From Cyanophora paradoxa CCMP329 (taxonomy: Eukaryota > Plantae > Glaucophyta), in contig QPMI01000058.1 in assembly GCA_004431415.1 (NCBI GenBank), positions 124,001 to 188,000 of the forward strand: DNA of 64,000 bases, read 5' to 3'. The notes beneath the pieces are model-generated. The model saw only the letters and a program-made list of their open reading frames with translations. It was not told where the DNA came from and did no database searches. The position numbers and the translations under genes were made by a program. Below, piece after piece: positions 56,700 through 64,000 of the stretch. Position 1 is the first letter of the stretch; every line of letters begins with the position of its first letter.

Positions 56700-58652
56700 T
56701 CAGGTGCGCTCATTTTTGATGGCCAGGGCAGCTTGAATGTCCTGGGGCACAATTCGCGAGCGCCGAGCGTGAAGCCCCGCGATATTGGCGGCGCGGAAGA
56801 CCTCCACGAGGTAGTTCTCAGCGGCGAGCTGGAGGGCCAGGTACGCGTTGCGCGTGAAGCCTGTCGCGATGCCATCCGGCAGCCGCAGACGCTCCGCGCC
56901 GGTTTTTCCTTCGGCCGCGCGAGCCTCGCACTCGCCCCGGCGGGCTTCGCGCTCGGCCTTCAGAATCTCTCGCGCGAACGGGCGGAACGTTTCCTTGCGG
57001 ATGAGGAGGCGGCGCGTCTTCTGGTAGTGCCTGCAATATTTAATCGCAATCAGAATTTTCAAAAACCCAATTAACAACAGCGCGAATTCGAAGAAATATT
57101 AAAATTTCGCACTCAATCTGGGCGAGTGCGATGGCACCAGACGTGACGTCGACATCATCGTCCTGTATACACGTAGATGCGCCACATTAAACAATTTGCG
57201 AATAGCAGTATTTGGGATATCGATATCGATAGTATTTGGCTCACTCCTTCGCCGGCACCCTCGCCCTCGTCGTCATCGCTCTCGTCATCGGGGATGAAGC
57301 CAATGCACTGCTCCAGCTTCCGCTTTGAGTTCGGCTTGATAGAGCACGTGCACGCGTGTGCGTCTGCGCATGCGATTAATTATAATGAATAATATGCAAG
57401 TGCAAAGAAATTGACAGCGTACCGTGCTGGCTCTCATCCTCCTCGCTACCAGACTCGTTCGAATTCTCTTCGAATTCGTCCTCTACAATTAAATTGCGAT
57501 CAACGGGGCCGCGGCGGGTCCGGAATATTAACGCAGCGACGCGCACGCGCAAAGCATTTTGAGCGCATAAATAATAAATATACGCACCATTAAGTTCCCC
57601 CTCGTCGATGTCGTCGCCAGCTTGCCGTTGAAAATTCAGGTCAACCACGCGCTCGTTTTCTGCAACTGCTTTCAAATGTGAATTGAATTGAATACGGTGC
57701 TCGATTGCGAAGGCTCGAGTGGCCCGGCCCGGGCGGCGAACTCTCGTCATCTGATTCCGTGTCATCAAGCTCATCAAGCTCCGCATCAGACTTAGCATCT
57801 ACATCGGACTCGAGCTCCTGCGCGACCTTCAGCTCGGTGACAGCTCGTTATATTGCGGGCGAACCTTGAATTTGAAACGTTAATGGATTGCGTGACCATA
57901 AAACCGCGCATATTAATACCGCGCATATTAATATTCGGCGGCGTGAGATCTAGAATTGAGCAGTGCTGAATTAAAGTAACACGCACATCTTCGTGGTCGC
58001 TCTCGTTATCGCTCGAATCTGCAGCCGACGATTCGTCTTCCGCACCTTCGGAATCCTGCGCGCGCATGCACGCGCGCGTTCAAAGCTCGCTTACGAAAGG
58101 AAATTAAAACTCAAGCACGAAGCGCACGTTTTCATCGTCGCTCTCGATCTGCAGCGGCTCCTCCGCGGGCGAAATGCCGACGTCGACACGCCGAGCCAGG
58201 CCGAAAAAATCCGGTGAAAGCTCCTCGACCGGCGCTCCCGAGGGAGCGACGACAATGGTGACGTGCGGATCCTTGATGTACTCGCGAAAGCTCAAGTCGA
58301 ACTTGAAAGCCTGCGCGAAATTGCGATCAATTCAATTGCGAATTTTCGCTGCCCACAATGCATGCGCATGCGCAAATCCCGCGGCTCCGGGCACGTGCAT
58401 GCGCGAGTGCACCTTATTGTTGAGCTTGTTGAAGCGCCCGGTGTGTGGCAGGAATTGCCAGGCCTTCACCGCATCGCCGCTGACGTTGCAGTCCAGGGCT
58501 TCAAGGTCTTCCGCCTTGAGCGCCGCAAGCAGCAGCGGGGTGGTGAGCGGGAGGCCGCCGGAGAACTCCACCAATTGCCCATCCTTGGAATTGTGACGAG
58601 CGTCCGATGAGAGAGCAGGGTGCACGTAGATTGTGGCGCTCTCGCTCGCCAT
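56700..58652 (-). CDS. Divergent histone H3-fold protein (399 aa): N-terminal globular region, long Asp/Glu-rich linker, C-terminal H3 fold with extended loop 1
   Basis: Nine GT-AG exons join in frame (1200 nt): 58652-58413, 58310-58128, 58055-57987, 57817-57742, 57659-57588, 57482-57423, 57363-57245, 57162-57113, 57030-56700. C-terminus GAIALAQIEHYQKT..LLIRK..F..FAREI...ALQLAAENYLVEVF..ANIA.LHARR..I.PQDIQAA..I..ER aligns to H3. Confidence 0.85.
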
Positions 58653-59233
58653 GGATCGACGTGAGCTCGCTGCGCGACGTGTGATTTCTGCCGCAGTGCT
58701 GCGATCGCGACTCTGGAGGGCAAAATCAAATTTTGAGCGGTCTAGCTATAGCTAGCTAGCTTTAGCTAGAGAAATATATATCGAGATCAAGAAGAAGGCT
58801 TAAATAACGAGATTATGACGTCTTCGTTCGAGAGAATTAGTTATAAGAGAGAATCGAAGGCTTTAATTATAACAACGAGAAGTACGACGTTCGAGAGAAA
58901 GGAACTGCAGAATTTAGAAATTGAGTGGATCGGAGTGCGGGGGCGAGCATGGGGGGAGCGGGGGAGCGGGGTGAGGATGGGGGGGGGCGGGGGGGGGGGG
59001 GGGGGGGGGGGGGGGGGCGGTCATGATCATAAGATGGTTTCTCAGCGGTCATGAGGAGCTATAGATCGAGAGGAGCCGGCAAGAAGGTAACGAGGTCTCC
59101 ATTGCATTTCAAGATTCTTCAACAAGGAACCGGCAGCGAGCAAAGCTATTCTCACTCTACACCGCTAAAATAGGACAGGGCGAGCGCATCGCGGGCTGGG
59201 TTCGAATGCGACTTCGAAAGCGACCGAAGGGCC

Positions 59234-61222
59234 TCAGCGGCGGCCGGGCCCGGGCTGCTTCTGCTGCTTCTGCTGGTCCTTCTCCTCGTCGCGCGCGGCC
59301 CCCGCCGGGCGGCACCAGGGGGTACGGTCGTCGTCGCACAGGAGCTGCCGGAGTACATGCAGTGGGTCCAAGCGGGCTACAGTGATTTTAGATTTCGGGT
59401 ACCTGGACGGAGTAGCGGATGGAGCCCATAATGAAGGGCTGCAGATTCGAGAGCCAGTACCGGGTCTCCCCAAGGCCCTTTACCCGGTCCACGCCCTGCG
59501 AACGAAGCTCAGGGGGGTACGTCGACGAAGGGAGGAGGGGGTAGGGAAGGGAACCTTGAGGGGGCCCTCGGGCCGCCGGACGGGGGTGGGGTACCCGTCA
59601 AAAGTCTCGTAGTAGGGGCCCGTGTACTGCATTCTCCCTTAGCGGCGGCGGGGGAGCGGGGCGGGGGTACGGGATCACCTTGGAGGAGTCCAGCTTCGGG
59701 CGCTCGGCGGGCCACAGCTGGAGGGGGAGTGGGGGAGTGAGCGGCGGGGGGGTACGCGAATGAATCAGGAGTGGGGTACCCCGTGGACGTCGAGCTTCTG
59801 CTTGAAGAGGGGCCAGTGGTACGGGAGCCCCCAGCCGTCCGTGGGGAAGCCTGGCGAGGGATCGCAAAGCGCATCCGAAAGAGGGTCCGGCGGGATTCGA
59901 AACCACACCGTTGACGCGGATGAGCGTCTCGCGGGACACGACCACTACCCCCCCGAAGTACTTGTCCGCACCCTGGGGCACGGGTACGTAAGAAGCGGCC
60001 CGGGTACTGGAAGCAAAGGAAAGGAGGCTCGCCTCGCGGGGGTGGATGCCGCCCGGGGTAACGTGGAAGACCTGAGGCGGGGTACGGTAGGTCGGCGGCG
60101 AAGCCTCAAAACCGCGCAGGCCGCTGGGGATTCGAACCTTCTCCGGAAGGGCCTTGATGAGGCACGGGGCGTCCTTGACGGGTACGATATCCATCTCTGG
60201 AGGGCGTATGAATCAGAATAACTCAGGGGAGGGGAGGGGAGGGGGAGGGGGAGGAGAGGGAGGGCGAACCGTGGAAGACGTAGTAAGCGTAGTCGGAGTT
60301 AAGGAGATTGTGCTTTTAAGAGGGGGGAAGGGGGGGGGGGAAGGGGGGGGGAGCGCGTCAGCGAGGTACCGAAACCACGAGGCCGCGCGCGGGGGCGGGG
60401 CGGCGGGGCTCACGAGGGCCGTGTTGAAGAGCCCCCCGTAGTTGAAGTACGTCGTACCCGTCTGCTCGAAGAAGAAGACGGTGTACCTGCGCGCGAGGGT
60501 TCGAATCCGGGCGGGGCCCGTTTCCCGCCAGCGGGGCACGCGCTTCATGGGCTGCTTGTCGAGGCTGGGGAGGAGGCGCTCGAGGAAGCGGCGTGCACGG
60601 TCCTCGTCGCCCCTGTACGGCACGATCACAGCGAGCTTGTCGACCTGCGATCGAATTCGATCCGGCGGCCGGCGGGAGCCCCCGCGAGAGCGCGAAAGTG
60701 GTTCACTCGCCTTCTTGCCGCTGTTGCCCGCGAAGTCTGCATTCCGAGCGAGTCAGACAAGCGGCCGCGGGCGGCTCCGGGGCGGGGCGCGGGCCAGCCG
60801 CCGCGCACCGATCCACATCTGGAGCAGCGCGCGGTGCGACCGGAGCGTCTGGGCCCAGGGCGAGCCGCCCTCGCCAGCCTCGACCTCCTTCTTGAGCGCG
60901 TTCAGGCGCTCAATCTCGCTGTTGCAGAGCTCCTTCCGCGCGTTCGAGTCGCCGCTGCAGTCGTCGGACCAGTAGCCCTCGTCGAAGCCGTCCTGGCCCC
61001 ACCCAAACTCGCTGTCATACGTCTGCTTCACCGAGACCATCAAAAGGAACATGCAGATGCTGCGCCGCCGGCCCGCGGTTAGCGCGCCCCGGCCACGGTT
61101 CCGGCTGCGCCGGGAGCGGTGCACCCGAATGCCATGAAGAGACCGCGCATCAGCCGCTGTCCGCGTAGGAGATCCGCGGCCCTGGCCCGCAGGCCGCTCA
61201 CTCTCGCGGGACCTGGCGCCAT
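59234..61222 (-). CDS. Glycosyltransferase family 7 (beta-1,4-galactosyltransferase-like), type II membrane protein
   Basis: N-terminal TM LFMAFGICMFLLMVSV. KLAVIVPYR, FEQ...FNYGGLFN, DYVF, MDIVP, KYFGGVV, VNG..N...GWG. Confidence 0.85.
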
Positions 61223-61372
61223 CTCGCCGGTGCTCGCTGGCGGTCCCGCGCGACTGGCAGAGAGGTCCTGCTACCGCCCTGAGTCTCTGCTGCACGTCCG
61301 CGGGCACGCCCGGCCCTGCGTTCGCGCCGAACTCGGGAGGACGGGTACGCGAGCAGAGAAGATACCGCAACA

Positions 61373-62910
61373 ATGTCGGGGTTCGTGGCCGGCGCGCTCA
61401 GCGCCTCCCAGCAGCAGCGTACGCAAGCTTTCAGTTCGTCATCCGCGCGCCTTCGGGATGCAGCGGCTGGGCAGGCGCGTGCGACCTGCACGGGCTGCGG
61501 AAGCCACGCGTGCCTCTGCACGCCCAGCTACGGGCGGCAGCAGGAGCGCAAGCAGCTCAAGTTCGCGGCCCGGAATCCCGGCATGGCGTCGTTCGCCGGG
61601 CTTCGGCCGACCAGCCGCCTCGGCCGCACGCTCCGCCGCAGCCTGGAGGGGAGCGACCCGAACGCCGAGTTGCTGCAGCTTGCTTCCTCCGCCCGCGGCG
61701 AGGATGCCATCTCCCTCGTGCCGCGCGCCGTGCTCGACTTCATCAAGAATCTGATCCCGGGCAAGTCCAAGTCAAGCTCGAACGTCTCCGCGTTCCAGGG
61801 GCGGGTGCGGCCTGCTTTGTTGCACCCGCGGCAGCTTAGCTCGCGCGCTAAGTCTGACGCCCCGCGCGCAGGTCAAGCAGATCAACGAGCTCGAGAGCCA
61901 GCTGAAGGACCTGTCGCTGGATGAGCTCAAGGAGCGCTCGCTCGCGCTCCGCAAGCGCGTGAAAGAAGCCGCCGACGAGAGCGCAGCGATGAACGAAGTG
62001 CTGCCCGAGGTGCGACCGCCTCCGACCGCGCCACCTGCGCGCGTCGCTCCGGCGCCGACAGCGGCGGCGCCGCGCGCGCAGGCGTTCGCACTTGCGCGCG
62101 AGGTCTCGCGTCAGGTTCTGGGCCTCCGCCACTTTGATGTGCAGCTCATCGGTGGCATGGTCCTCCACGAGGCGAGCCGCCCGCGCTCCAGCGCCCAGCG
62201 CCGGAACCCGCTGACGCCGCCGGCAGCGCCGCATCGCCGAGATGAAGACCGGCGAGGGCAAGACCCTCGTCGCCACGCTCCCCGCGTACCTCAACGCCCT
62301 CTCCGGCCGGTACCCCCCTCCTCTCTCCGCCTGCCGCGCCCCGCCCGCCCCGCCCCGCCGCCGACGCCGCGCGCCCGCGCGCCTCCCAGCGGCGTCCACA
62401 TCGTTACTGTGAACGACTACCTCGCCCGCCGGTTCGCCCCCCCCCCTCCCCCACAACAGCTTTGCTCCAGTACCCCGGCCGAGCGCGCCCCCCCCGCAGC
62501 GACCAGGAGATCATGGGGCAGGTCTTCCGCGGCCTCGGCCTCACCGTCGGCCTCATCCAGGTCCGCGGCGTACCCCCGAGCGGCGCGCTTCGTACCCCCC
62601 TGACTATGGTACCCCCCAGAACGGGATGGAGTCGGCCGAGCGCCGGAGCGCGTACGCCTGCGACATCACCTACTGCACTAACAGGTGATAGATCGCGTAC
62701 CCCGCTCGGGTACTCGTCCCCTCTCCCTCAAGCTCCGGTACCCCCCAGCGAGCTCGGGTTCGATTACCTGCGCGACAACATGGCGCTGGAGCAGAAGGAC
62801 CTCGTGCAGGTTCGAACCCCGAGGGGCCCCGAAACGCTCGCCCGCGGCGCCTGGCCCGCGCCGATCGAACGGCGTACCCCCCGCAGCGCCCCTTCAACTT
62901 CTGCATCGTG

Positions 62911-62942
<32 letters not shown>

Positions 62943-64000
62943 GCGTACCTGTACCCCCTTCGAGCCCGCCCCCTCCCTCCTCACTTTCGCCCGCCACTCC
63001 TTTTGTGCAGGCGCGGACGCCGCTCATCATCTCGGGCCAGGGCGACCTCAACGTCGACCGCTACAAGGCGCGTACCCCCCCCCCTCTGCTCCCCCCCTCT
63101 CCTCCCCCCCCCCCCTCTCCTCTTAAAGTTTTCTGCGAAGGTTGCGGCATACGTGGCGGACCAGCTCCGGAAGGGGGTCGACTACGAGGTACCCCCCGCC
63201 TAAGCTAAGCTCCTGAGCTTCCGTTCTCATCTTCCGCCCGACAGGTGAACGAGAAGCAGAAGAGCGCCCAGCTGACGGACGGCGGCTGGCGCGCCATCGA
63301 GGGCATGCTCGGCGTCTCCGCCGACGTGCGTTCCCGTGCCCGCGCCAGCCCTTGAGAAGAAGAAAGAAGCTCACAGGAGCTTTTAGAGGCTTATGAAAGA
63401 AGACCTTCTAGCTCATCTCATCTAAGCCCGCATGCCTGCCTTCCTGCCTTCAAATTCGTTCGCAGGCGGACATGCAGGCGCGCGCCAACTTCATCTCGGA
63501 GTGGTCCGACTACTGCAACGCCGCCATCCGGTAGGGCCCTCTCCTCCCTCCCCCTCCCGCCCTCCCTGCTCTCCCTCCCGCCGCCCCCGCGCCGCTGCTC
63601 TGACCAGCCGGCGCGGCGCAACAGCGCGAAGGAGATCTTCCTGAAGGACAAGCAGTACATCGTCAAGGCAAGCGCGCGAGCGAGCGCGGGACCCCGCCCC
63701 CATCCCTCACACCTCACTCACCCTTATCCCCCTCTTCCCCCGCCAGGACGGGGAGGTGGTGATCGTGGACGAGTTCACGGGGCGCGTGATGCCGGGCCGC
63801 CGCTGGTCCGACGGCCTCCACCAGGCCATCGAGGCCAAGGGTCCGTCCGCCCGTGAAGTTGACGAGGCTAGGCTCATAGCTTATATAAGCTTCTTTAAGC
63901 TCCCTAAGCTTCTTTAAGCATATACAAGCGCTTATTTAAGCTTCTTTAAGCGGCCTCCACCAGGCCATCGAGGCAAAAATAGAAATAAGCTTCTTTGAGA
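61373..64000 (+). CDS. secA: Plastid preprotein translocase SecA, 5' part; continues beyond the window
   Basis: [102 protein letters not shown]. Leader MSGFVAG. Confidence 0.97.

Noticed and set aside
558-63717. Hundreds of long Arg/Pro/Gly/Ala-rich six-frame ORFs
   Set aside because: They are shadows of high GC content and read-through of short introns; conserved motifs appear only after splicing.

Overview
A eukaryotic, GC-rich, intron-dense nuclear region from a photosynthetic alga. Three nuclear genes (glyoxalase I, ZDS, SecA) begin with Phe-containing transit-peptide-like leaders, which suggests a glaucophyte such as Cyanophora; this is inference only. Most six-frame ORFs are GC shadows, so the real genes were spliced by hand. 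Left to right: an L1/Tx1-type retrotransposon and a SINE-like element, each with target-site duplications (TSDs); a two-domain glyoxalase I; a secreted protein built from six phase-1 Cys-containing modules, which appears as a 3x ~2 kb tandem repeat; a duplication junction joining the ELP1 3' end to the GLX1 5' end; MITEs and tiny retroposed tails; a polycystin/PKD2-like channel with a long C-tail ending in a SAM-like motif; ELP1; an F-box/LRR protein; YnfA; ZDS; TFIIF-beta; an aldose 1-epimerase; an SCFD2-like Sec1 protein; a coiled-coil protein; a 399-aa H3-fold protein with an acidic tail; a GT7 galactosyltransferase; and the 5' part of plastid SecA. The three strongest observations are: (1) a recurring 6-bp indel signature, XYZ versus XYZ-revcomp(XYZ)-XYZ, seen by comparing paralogous copies and also in frame within coding exons; (2) the acidic-tailed, loop-1-extended histone H3 variant; (3) the modular secreted repeat protein. 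Several 1-bp frameshifts in homopolymers are probably sequencing errors.
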